NCBI GenBank assembly: GCA_052034485.1
Contig: JBPOIM010000020.1
Span: 1 to 61,058, forward strand
Direction: 5' to 3'
Source of the DNA: Candidatus Anderseniibacteriota bacterium
GTDB lineage: Bacteria > Patescibacteriota > Andersenbacteria > UBA10190
Length of the DNA: 61,058 bases
Positions 52,781 to 60,548 of the stretch are shown here, one piece after another. The notes under the pieces were generated by a model. That model made no database searches. It had not been told where the DNA came from and worked only from the letters and a program-made list of their open reading frames with translations. Position 1 is the first letter of the stretch, and every line of letters starts with the position of its first letter. The translations under genes and the position numbers were made by a program.

Positions 52781-53767
52781 TTATGCCGATTCCCCCAAAT
52801 GAATATGAGGTGCCAAATAGTCCTGCACATATTCTCGTATCGCATCATCAAGAGAGTAATTTTTGGAAATATCAAAGCCAGCAGAAACCAACTTTGACAC
52901 ATTTGCCTGCGTAAAGTACTGATACTGCTCCTTAAGCCCATCAGGCATATCGATAAATTCAATTTTTTCTGGCTTATCGGCGGCAGCAAACAATGCCCGA
53001 GCAACATCAAGCCAACTTCGCGCAATACCCGTACCAACGTTATATATTCCATTTGCTTCCGGAGTATCCAGAAAAAAGAGTGTGGCTCGAACGGCATCCT
53101 TCACGTAAATGAAGTCGCGCTGCTGTTCTCCGTCACCATATTTATCTTTATATGATTTAAATAATGTAATTGGCTTTCCCTCTGCAACGTCAGGATATTT
53201 AAGCGCTATCACACTCTTCATTGTTCCTTTATGCCATTCGTTTGGACCAAATACGTTAAAATAGCGAAGCCCCACAACAGAATCAAGATACCCACCATCG
53301 CGCGCCCATATGTCTACATCCAGCTTAGATTTTCCGTATAGGTTTAATGGCTCAAGGTCGTTAAAGAGTGCATGATCGTCTTTGTACCCATTACTACCGT
53401 CACCATACGTTGCAGCACTCGATGCGTATACGCAGCGTACACCCCTGTCTGCACACCAACGAATAATATCTTTGCTATATTCAACGTTATTATCGAGTAA
53501 GTAATCCCAGTTTTTTTCTGTCGTTGAGCTACATGCCCCCAAGTGAATAATCGCCTCTATACCCTCGCCATCAAGCTCACCTGCAAGTAATTGTTCTCGA
53601 AAATCAGCAATACCAATAAGTTGATCATGGCGCAAATGGCCAACATTGTGTTCCTTCTCGTCATCGTCTATCTCATCAACAATAATAATATCTTCCCTTC
53701 CTCGCGCATTGAGCGCCCACACTACCGCGCTTCCAATAAATCCTGCTCCACCCGTTACAACAATCAT
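52781..53767 (-). CDS. hldD: ADP-L-glycero-D-manno-heptose 6-epimerase
   Basis: 328 aa. MIVVTGGAGFIGSAVVWALN and IIHLGACSSTTEKNWDYLLDNNVEYSKDIIRWC...VYASSAATYG, matching the RfaD/HldD pattern. Confidence 0.85.
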   Translation of the reverse strand: MIVVTGGAGFIGSAVVWALNARGREDIIIVDEIDDDEKEHNVGHLRHDQLIGIADFREQLLAGELDGEGIEAIIHLGACSSTTEKNWDYLLDNNVEYSKDIIRWCADRGVRCVYASSAATYGDGSNGYKDDHALFNDLEPLNLYGKSKLDVDIWARDGGYLDSVVGLRYFNVFGPNEWHKGTMKSVIALKYPDVAEGKPITLFKSYKDKYGDGEQQRDFIYVKDAVRATLFFLDTPEANGIYNVGTGIARSWLDVARALFAAADKPEKIEFIDMPDGLKEQYQYFTQANVSKLVSAGFDISKNYSLDDAIREYVQDYLAPHIHLGESA

Positions 53768-54267
53768 AATGATTTAATTTTTTCAATAATTTCACTGGTT
53801 GATAAATTAGGACGCCGCGCAACGGTATATCCCACAACTCCTAGTTGCTGCATCATCGGATACTCTACCCACGATTCTTCAGAACCATGGTCTGAACCAT
53901 TTACATGAACATTCGGACGTATTGCAGGAAGAAACGACCCATGCGGTTCTTCGGAATACATCCCCTCGATAATTACCACATAATCCACGCACACAAGCGC
54001 AGCCAAAAGAGCCGCACGCTCCGCCTGAGGAATGATTGGCCGAGTTGGACCCTTACCAGAACGCACAGACTCATCGGAATTAAGTCCTATAAATAACACG
54101 TCGCCTTGCTTTTTTGCTTCTTCTAGAAAATCCAAATGCCCAGCCTGTAGCAAGTCAAACGAGCCATTTGCAGTAACAATTTTCTTCCCCTGAGAGCGAA
54201 GCTCTTCCGCCTTTTGAGAAGCTTGTTCTAGCGTCAATATTTTTTCAGTTCGCCACAGGTGTTCCAT
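53764..54267 (-). CDS. hldC: D-beta-D-heptose 1-phosphate adenylyltransferase (RfaE domain II type, stand-alone)
   Basis: 167 aa. VTANGSFDLLQAGHLDFLEEAKKQGDVLFIGLNSDESVRSGKGPTRPI (cytidylyltransferase-fold HxGH-like motif). 4-nt overlap with hldD. Confidence 0.8.
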   Translation of the reverse strand: MEHLWRTEKILTLEQASQKAEELRSQGKKIVTANGSFDLLQAGHLDFLEEAKKQGDVLFIGLNSDESVRSGKGPTRPIIPQAERAALLAALVCVDYVVIIEGMYSEEPHGSFLPAIRPNVHVNGSDHGSEESWVEYPMMQQLGVVGYTVARRPNLSTSEIIEKIKSL

Positions 54268-54307
54268 ATTATGTATGTGTACTATATACCGTACAACAAA
54301 AAAAGGG

Positions 54308-56563
54308 CTACCTTCCAGGAAGGCCCCTCATGTCTACTACGATATCATTGCCAGACACCTTGGGTTCCTCCTCCACAAAATAGAGCTTCTGAAAGGAAAC
54401 AGGAGTAAACAAATGAAATAAGTTTGTTGTAACCGTCCCTCGTATATCGTGAGGAACTCCAACAATATATACATCACCAACAGATGTTTTCCCGTGCGCC
54501 GCTTCTTGAAAACGTATTACGGCTGTTTGAGTAACATTGCTTACATCACGATACGCCTGAGAAAAGTCTGGGAGCCTCGTTACCCATAGCGCGTAACACA
54601 ATCCAACTGCTACAATCGTATACTCGAATATTTGTCGCGCCTTCGGAGATTGCGCAACAAGATGCACGAACGACATACTAGTAAAGCCCACAAGCATAGC
54701 AGGCCCCCATACAGACAAGCTAAGCCAACGCAAATTCCATACATCGGGTATCAACAGTACTGGCATAAGCATAAGTACCCACCATGACCCCGCAAACAAC
54801 GTAATGGTACGGGCATGTACATTCTTTCTCCACAGCACCAACAGACCTATGTATATCGCAATGCATATAACCCCTGGGTAATATGGTCCCTCATCAACTT
54901 TTGCAAAAAATGACGCATATGCCCCTTCAATACCAGAAAAAATTGACTGAAGAGTACTATTTTTTACCCATAGCCACTTTTCTGCAGACCATGCGCTATA
55001 CACAATCGTATTTCTCGCAATAACATCAGGAGACACCCGAATAGAATATGAACTATCCTCAATGGGGTAATGCGGCAACGTTGGGTCATACACCGCTACG
55101 GTTCGAATAACAAAATATACCCCTACGCATACCGTCAGTATTGCAAAGGGAACTATGCGCGACATAATAAATTTCTTTTGGAATAATCGCTTTCGCGTAA
55201 ACAGTGCGTCCAAAAGAACTATCATCGGAAGAAGAAACACTGCGTTTTCTTTTGAGAATAGCGCGAGCACATATGCAATACCCACAGCCCAAAACCAAGT
55301 CTTTTTCGCAGTTGCAAGGTACACCGTATAGAACAAAATTGTTGCCAATATAAAGAATGCAGCAATAGTGTCTTCTGTTGTGCTCCACCAAAATGCACTA
55401 CTTACATGACTAGAATGAGCCACCCATAACACTGCAGCCAAAAAGCTCATTGCGTAGTTTCGGAGAAACAGCCAAGACAACAAGAATAACAAACTTGCGG
55501 TTGCGGCCAATACAAGAAGGGCAAAAAAGTGATACCAAAATGCCTGTATGCCAAATAGCATCCATATAGCCCACGGGAACATCGAAAATGATATTGGCCG
55601 ATAAAATATAATCGGAGTTACGTTTAAATTATATGGGTCCCTATATGCATGGTTTGTAAACCATAGCTGCAGAGGGTTGGAAGCGAGCGCTTCAATGCGC
55701 ATCAATTTAAAATGATCATCTTGCCAATGAAATAGCTGCGTTGCCGACGAATAAAACGCTGGCACAATACATAACAGCACAACAATCCATAAAGCACCCT
55801 GCTTCCAAGAAAACTGATCCCAAGTTTCTTTCCAAAACCTTTCACTATCAAGCTTCTCAGAAAATCGCCATCCAATGCCAAGGACAAGGGTCGCACATAC
55901 TGCAAGAATTATCCCAACCCATACGAGCGTATGCTGTGGATGATTCATCCATTGCCACACGAGCGCAAGTATCGTTGGCCGCTCATACACAACAACCCCT
56001 AAGTCCCCCGGCCGTTCTTTGTTATTTATAACTAACGACCCCTCTTCTAAGTTTGTGCTATCGAGTTGGTATGAAAGATGAAGTGCCCTAGCAGAAGAAA
56101 GCCCTGGTGCCTCAAGCAAGAAATCAAGCTGCTTGCCCATTTTCTTAATAACTTCAAATTCAAAATACAATGTATCGTGATCAGGAAGCCCCTTAAGAAG
56201 TCTCGGATCGTATACATGGCTTGGCGCTTGCCCCCGTGCCAGATGCACACTTGAAGCGACTGTTCGTATATCACTGTCGCTTCCCGCTTCGCGAACATGC
56301 AGGATAAGCTCTTGATCAGGAGCAATACCCTTCGCCGTATCGTATGCAAACGCAATACCCGCAACATCCCCTCGGACAAGAAGACGCTGTCCAGCGACAG
56401 TACTACCAAATGTTTTTGTAAGATGTGTTCCGTCGGGAGAATTTACAGTAAGCGGCACCAAAAATGGCCGCTTATACCCTCCAGCAAAAAAAGATACTAC
56501 AAGCGCAAGCAGACAGATGGCAACACATACCGTGATAATCGTACTGCGTGCCCCCAACTTCAT
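54308..56563 (-). CDS. GT-C-like polytopic membrane protein with N-terminal extracytoplasmic module, embedded in the heptose operon
   Basis: 751 aa. TM1, a ~170-aa soluble module (VAGQRLLVRGDVAGIAFAYD...LILHVREAGS...LYFEFEVI...DFLLEAPG), then a polytopic core with FHWQDDHFKLMRIEALASN and ALFSKENAVFLLP. Confidence 0.6.
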   Translation of the reverse strand: MKLGARSTIITVCVAICLLALVVSFFAGGYKRPFLVPLTVNSPDGTHLTKTFGSTVAGQRLLVRGDVAGIAFAYDTAKGIAPDQELILHVREAGSDSDIRTVASSVHLARGQAPSHVYDPRLLKGLPDHDTLYFEFEVIKKMGKQLDFLLEAPGLSSARALHLSYQLDSTNLEEGSLVINNKERPGDLGVVVYERPTILALVWQWMNHPQHTLVWVGIILAVCATLVLGIGWRFSEKLDSERFWKETWDQFSWKQGALWIVVLLCIVPAFYSSATQLFHWQDDHFKLMRIEALASNPLQLWFTNHAYRDPYNLNVTPIIFYRPISFSMFPWAIWMLFGIQAFWYHFFALLVLAATASLLFLLSWLFLRNYAMSFLAAVLWVAHSSHVSSAFWWSTTEDTIAAFFILATILFYTVYLATAKKTWFWAVGIAYVLALFSKENAVFLLPMIVLLDALFTRKRLFQKKFIMSRIVPFAILTVCVGVYFVIRTVAVYDPTLPHYPIEDSSYSIRVSPDVIARNTIVYSAWSAEKWLWVKNSTLQSIFSGIEGAYASFFAKVDEGPYYPGVICIAIYIGLLVLWRKNVHARTITLFAGSWWVLMLMPVLLIPDVWNLRWLSLSVWGPAMLVGFTSMSFVHLVAQSPKARQIFEYTIVAVGLCYALWVTRLPDFSQAYRDVSNVTQTAVIRFQEAAHGKTSVGDVYIVGVPHDIRGTVTTNLFHLFTPVSFQKLYFVEEEPKVSGNDIVVDMRGLPGR

Positions 56564-56575
56564 ATCAAAATATCG

Positions 56576-57109
56576 TTATGGAACTATAATGCGAGCCGCC
56601 TCAAGTAAGGAACCGACTATAGCATCTGGCTGCTCAGAAAGATCTTCTTGTTTCCAATATTCACTTCGAATAAGCGCTGTTTTTGTACCGAGGTTTTTCC
56701 CAAATGCCATGTCAGCTTCTTTATCACCAACGGTCCAGCTATGCACATAATCAATTTCACCTAAGGTTTTTTCTATTTGTTTTGCCATTCCGATATCGGG
56801 CTTCCTACAATCACACGTATGCTGATCTCGCCCATGCGGACAAAACGCAATTGCATCAATATGGATACCCCTTTTCCATAATTCCTCATTCATAAACTGA
56901 TGCAGCGTATGCATTTGCTCCTCCGTATACAACCCGTGTGCAATACCGGACTGATTTGTCACAACAGCGAGCGCGTAACCTTCGCGCTGCAGAAGCTCAA
57001 GCGCATCTACTGCACCCTCTACCCACTCCCACGCATCAGCCTTATGCACGTACCCACGATCCACATTCAACGTGCCATCGCGATCTAAAAATACGACTCG
57101 CCTAGACAT
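56576..57109 (-). CDS. gmhB: D-glycero-D-manno-heptose 1,7-bisphosphate 7-phosphatase (HAD-IIIA)
   Basis: 177 aa. VVFLDRDGTLN (DxDGT nucleophile motif), VVTNQSGI, and CPHGRDQHTCDCRKP (zinc-binding Cys/His cluster typical of GmhB). Confidence 0.8.
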   Translation of the reverse strand: MSRRVVFLDRDGTLNVDRGYVHKADAWEWVEGAVDALELLQREGYALAVVTNQSGIAHGLYTEEQMHTLHQFMNEELWKRGIHIDAIAFCPHGRDQHTCDCRKPDIGMAKQIEKTLGEIDYVHSWTVGDKEADMAFGKNLGTKTALIRSEYWKQEDLSEQPDAIVGSLLEAARIIVP

Positions 57110-58103
57110 GATGCTCTTCTATGGTGTGCAGCAGCTCTTCTTGAGTAATGCCAACAGCACCTGTTTTTCGCGCTACGGTTGCCCCTGCAGCATTTCCAAT
57201 TTCCGCAGCCTCGGAAAGCGTCGCACCAGAGAGCATAGAAAGTAAAATAGCCACCGCAGCAGTATCTCCGCAGCCAGACGTATCAATCACCTCGTTATCT
57301 TTTATATACACAGTCGGAATATAATCTCCAGCTCCATTTTTATCTTGAACATACATACCTTCCCCGCCAAGCGTTAAGAAGGCGGTTGTATCAAAAGAGG
57401 TTGCAACCATAGCCGCTAACTCGTGCGCTTTCTTCCCACCGTTTTCATGCTGATTAATCCCAAGATATTCGTGTGCCTCTTTTCTATTCGGAGACATGTA
57501 CGTTGCTCCAGTAAAATATCCAACGCGAGAAGGTTTCGCATCTACCATCATTGGAATCTTTTTTTCTTTCATTGCCTCCATGAGCGCATGAGCAATAGCT
57601 TCAGAAACAGTTCCCTTCGCGTAGTCAGATACAATAATCGCATCTACAGAAGATGCTTGCTCTTTTAATTGTTCTAAGAGTTTTTCTTCCGCTTCATCCT
57701 GAATTTCCATTACATCCTCATAATCAACTCGCAAAAGTTGCTGACTTCCCACAATGTATCGCTTCTTAATAATGCTTCGCACGTGCTTATCGCGAATAAG
57801 CGTAGCGCTATATCCCTCTTTTTCTGCCGCACCCCCAATTGCATCCGCAATAGCATCATTTCCAACCAACCCAATACAAGAAGCCTGCGCACCTAACATA
57901 CTCGCGTTCTTTGCAGAGTTTCCAGCGCCACCCGTTGCGTCCTCTTCGCGCTTTGCATGCAAAATAGGCACCGGAGCTTCCGGATTTAATCGCTCAACAT
58001 TTCCGTATATATATCGATCTAAAAATATATCGCCAACAACGAGAATTTTTTTCTCACTAAACTGTTCCAATATTTCTTTTGCGCGCTGTGTTGAAATGCT
58101 CAT
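57102..58103 (-). CDS. hldA: D-beta-D-heptose 7-phosphate kinase (RfaE domain I type, PfkB fold, stand-alone)
   Basis: 333 aa. KILVVGDIFLDRYIYGNVERLNPEAPVPIL, ATGGAGNSAKN, and C-terminal DTSGCGDTA (PfkB motif). Confidence 0.8.
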   Translation of the reverse strand: MSISTQRAKEILEQFSEKKILVVGDIFLDRYIYGNVERLNPEAPVPILHAKREEDATGGAGNSAKNASMLGAQASCIGLVGNDAIADAIGGAAEKEGYSATLIRDKHVRSIIKKRYIVGSQQLLRVDYEDVMEIQDEAEEKLLEQLKEQASSVDAIIVSDYAKGTVSEAIAHALMEAMKEKKIPMMVDAKPSRVGYFTGATYMSPNRKEAHEYLGINQHENGGKKAHELAAMVATSFDTTAFLTLGGEGMYVQDKNGAGDYIPTVYIKDNEVIDTSGCGDTAAVAILLSMLSGATLSEAAEIGNAAGATVARKTGAVGITQEELLHTIEEHHV

Positions 58104-58675
58104 AGGGATGGTGTTCGTATTTCATCTTCAAACGATTCGCAAATTACATGAATAGCATGCAAATGCACTTCTTGCATTCGCTCGTTCTTATCAATTGGTA
58201 CTTCAATTGCAATATCTGCCAGCTCTCGAAGCTTTCCTGTTGTACCGGTAAGCGCAATCACCGTCATTCCATTTGCACGAGCAGCCTCAACAGCCTTTAA
58301 GATATTTTCAGAATTCCCACTTGTCGAAAGAGCAACAAATACATCCCCTGCTTTCCCAAGCCCTTCAACCTGCCGAGAAAACACTTCAGAAAATCCAAAA
58401 TCGTTTCCAATGCACGTAAGCGCCGTACCATCTGCCGTAAGCGCCAACATTGGGTATGGCTTTCGATTTTTTCGATACCGCCCAACAAGCTCTTCAGCAA
58501 AATGCTGTGCCTGGGAAGCACTTCCGCCATTCCCGGCAGTATACGCGCTGTAGCCTTTTCCAAATGCTTCATGCAAATGGTCTGCGGCTCTTGCTACTTG
58601 CTCATGAAACGTTGAGTCAAGCGAATCAAGAAGAGCTATAAGCTCTTTTGTATGTTTCTCGAATAATTGTTGCAT
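58100..58675 (-). CDS. gmhA: phosphoheptose (sedoheptulose-7-phosphate) isomerase
   Basis: 191 aa SIS domain. TAGNGGSASQAQHFAEELVGRY, TCIGNDFGFSEVFSRQV and ALSTSGNSENIL. Confidence 0.85.
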   Translation of the reverse strand: MQQLFEKHTKELIALLDSLDSTFHEQVARAADHLHEAFGKGYSAYTAGNGGSASQAQHFAEELVGRYRKNRKPYPMLALTADGTALTCIGNDFGFSEVFSRQVEGLGKAGDVFVALSTSGNSENILKAVEAARANGMTVIALTGTTGKLRELADIAIEVPIDKNERMQEVHLHAIHVICESFEDEIRTPSL

Positions 58676-58684
58676 ATGGGAACA

Positions 58685-59512
58685 TTATACACCTCTTACA
58701 AACGAAGCAAGCGCATCCTGCCATGGCCGCATCTTTGGCCCCTTGGTGTTTAACAAAATGCTATAGGTTGGCCGTTTTGCTGGGCGAGGAAATTCTTCCG
58801 ATGTAACCGGCTTCACACTTACCGCAAGGTTTGGAGTGTGTTCAAAAATCTTTTCCGCAAATTCAAACCAAGAAGCACTTCCGCTATTGGTACCGTGGTA
58901 AATTCCAAATGGATACTTCTCCTCAATAAGCTGCCGAACAAATAGGGAAAGGTCTTTCGTATACGTAGGGGAACCGTACTGGTCTTCAACCACTTGTAAG
59001 TTGCTATTCTTCTGCGCCAAGTCGAGCATGGTAGTAACAAAATTTCTTCCATTTGGGCCATACAGCCACGCAGTGCGTACCAGATAAAAGTTACATCCAC
59101 TCTCTTTCAGTGCGCGCTCTCCGGCTAATTTTGAAGCTCCGTAGGCATTTACGGCAGGGCCAGGAGAGTCTGCTTCTTTGTAGCCCTCTTTTTGCGTGCC
59201 AGGGAATACATAGTCAGTACTAAAATGCACAAGCGTTGCACCCAATTCATGCGCAACCGTTGCGAGGTTTTTGACTCCCGTTTCATTTACTAAGTACGCA
59301 TCTTCTGCATGCTCTTCTGCGCCATCCACATTTGTATACGCAGCAGCATTTATAACCAAGTCCGCAGCGGCTTCCCGAAGTACGGTGCGCACACTCTCGA
59401 TGTTTGTAATATCAATCTCCTCTTTGTCGATTGTAAGAGGATGGTAATCAGCAAATACTTGCGAAAGCATACTCCCCAACATGCCCTTCGCACCAACGAT
59501 CACAAGCTTCAT
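58685..59512 (-). CDS. rmlD: dTDP-4-dehydrorhamnose reductase
   Basis: 275 aa. MKLVIVGAKGMLGSML, INAAAYTNVDGAE, HFSTDYVF and NAYGASKLAGE. Confidence 0.85.
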   Translation of the reverse strand: MKLVIVGAKGMLGSMLSQVFADYHPLTIDKEEIDITNIESVRTVLREAAADLVINAAAYTNVDGAEEHAEDAYLVNETGVKNLATVAHELGATLVHFSTDYVFPGTQKEGYKEADSPGPAVNAYGASKLAGERALKESGCNFYLVRTAWLYGPNGRNFVTTMLDLAQKNSNLQVVEDQYGSPTYTKDLSLFVRQLIEEKYPFGIYHGTNSGSASWFEFAEKIFEHTPNLAVSVKPVTSEEFPRPAKRPTYSILLNTKGPKMRPWQDALASFVRGV

Positions 59513-59530
59513 ATGTATAAAAATAGTAGC

Positions 59531-59586
59531 ATAAAAAACAAAACAAAAAAAGAAAACCGACGAAGAATATTACTTCTTCGTCGGTT
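59531..59586 (-). terminator. rho-independent terminator downstream of the Nudix gene
   Basis: Perfect 13-bp stem AACCGACGAAGAA / TTCTTCGTCGGTT (59555-59567 / 59574-59586) with a 6-nt loop, followed on the minus strand by UUCUUUUUUUGUUUUGUUUUUU. Starts 23 nt after the stop. Confidence 0.8.
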
Positions 59587-59609
59587 CATAAAAGATCAAC
59601 TAACGCATC

Positions 59610-60461
59610 TCACCGAATCTCGTTCTGCTCGCAAAATCGTAGAAACTTTAGGAAAGCGTGTTCCGCTTTCCCGCTCGGATAATTACAATCCGAGTCAAAC
59701 GGATCAAGCGAATGTTCGCGATCATACCAACTTTCCACTTCCCCCAACGGCACACACGTGTAGTCAGTGATGCCCTCCTCAGAAGAACCTTCTTTTGGAA
59801 CTGGCTCACCAACACACAGCACTGCTGTCGCAGAGTGAAATTCCGGAATATTCCCTCCTTGGTATTCTCTGTTTTTTAGAATAGCCATGCGAGAAATTTC
59901 TCGCAATCCGCCAACCTCTTCATACAGCTCTCGCACACCGGCGATTTCCGCACTTTCTTCTCTTTCTCGAATTCCTCCAGCTGTCGTCCAATGAAAACAG
60001 TTGGGGACTCCGGGCCGATACATTTTCTGCATCACCAACTCAAGGTCACAGACCGAGACGCCTGCTTGGTTTAGACTTCGAAGATTCTTCAAAAAGTCTC
60101 CCCCAAGTCGAAGGTCGGCACACTTACTAAGATCTGCTTCAGCAATCCGAATGGGCAACGTAATTGAAGAAAATACCCCACTCGCCCGTACGAAGAAGTC
60201 CACCGGGTGCGGACAGTAAGAATCATCCCCTTGGATATGGCACTGATAGCCCGCGCTGACGATGCGCAAGCCACCGGGAGTCCTTCCTCGAAGCGCACCA
60301 ATCTGAGGCAAAAGCCCCAACAGAGTCTCCATATCTTGTTCATCCAGCCGCATGAGTAATGCGGGGGAGAGAAGCTTCGCGAGCTCCGCCCCATTTTCTG
60401 GCCGAGACAGTTCCTCCCAACGATCAACAACTTCCTGAACATTCGTCGTTACAGTGGGCAT
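59610..60461 (-). CDS. Nudix-box hydrolase with an unassigned ~150-aa N-terminal region
   Basis: 283 aa. Residues 163-185, GIREREESAEIAGVRELYEEVGG, fit Gx5Ex7REUxEExGU in 8 of 9 fixed positions (nt 59907-59975). GGAGG SD at 60471-60475, 9 nt from the ATG. Confidence 0.6.
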   Translation of the reverse strand: MPTVTTNVQEVVDRWEELSRPENGAELAKLLSPALLMRLDEQDMETLLGLLPQIGALRGRTPGGLRIVSAGYQCHIQGDDSYCPHPVDFFVRASGVFSSITLPIRIAEADLSKCADLRLGGDFLKNLRSLNQAGVSVCDLELVMQKMYRPGVPNCFHWTTAGGIREREESAEIAGVRELYEEVGGLREISRMAILKNREYQGGNIPEFHSATAVLCVGEPVPKEGSSEEGITDYTCVPLGEVESWYDREHSLDPFDSDCNYPSGKAEHAFLKFLRFCEQNEIR

Positions 60462-60518
60462 ATATATACGCCTCCTTTCAAATTTTCAAAACAACACGAA
60501 AAACCAGACTAACTACTA

Positions 60519-60548
60519 ATTATAGCACTAAAATGTGCTATTTGTCAA
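60519..60548 (-). promoter_or_regulatory. near-consensus sigma70 promoter of the Nudix gene: TTGACA - 18 nt - TATAAT
   Basis: Reverse complement reads TTGACAaatagcacattttagtgcTATAAT. The -35 lies in the last codons of rmlC. Followed by a ~50-nt leader with AAAGGAGGCG. Confidence 0.55.

Noticed and set aside
54298-54327. Hairpin plus A-run (U-run on the minus strand) at the end of the GT-C gene as an intra-operon terminator before hldC
   Set aside because: The stem is short and bulged (GGG/CCC plus CCTT/AAGG) and overlaps the last codons. This is too weak to call without folding energies or Term-seq.
59513-59554. Promoter of the rmlD-led operon
   Set aside because: The AT-rich stretch contains several overlapping -10-like hexamers (TATGCT, TACTAT, TATTTT, TATACA) at different distances. 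I cannot choose between them from sequence alone.
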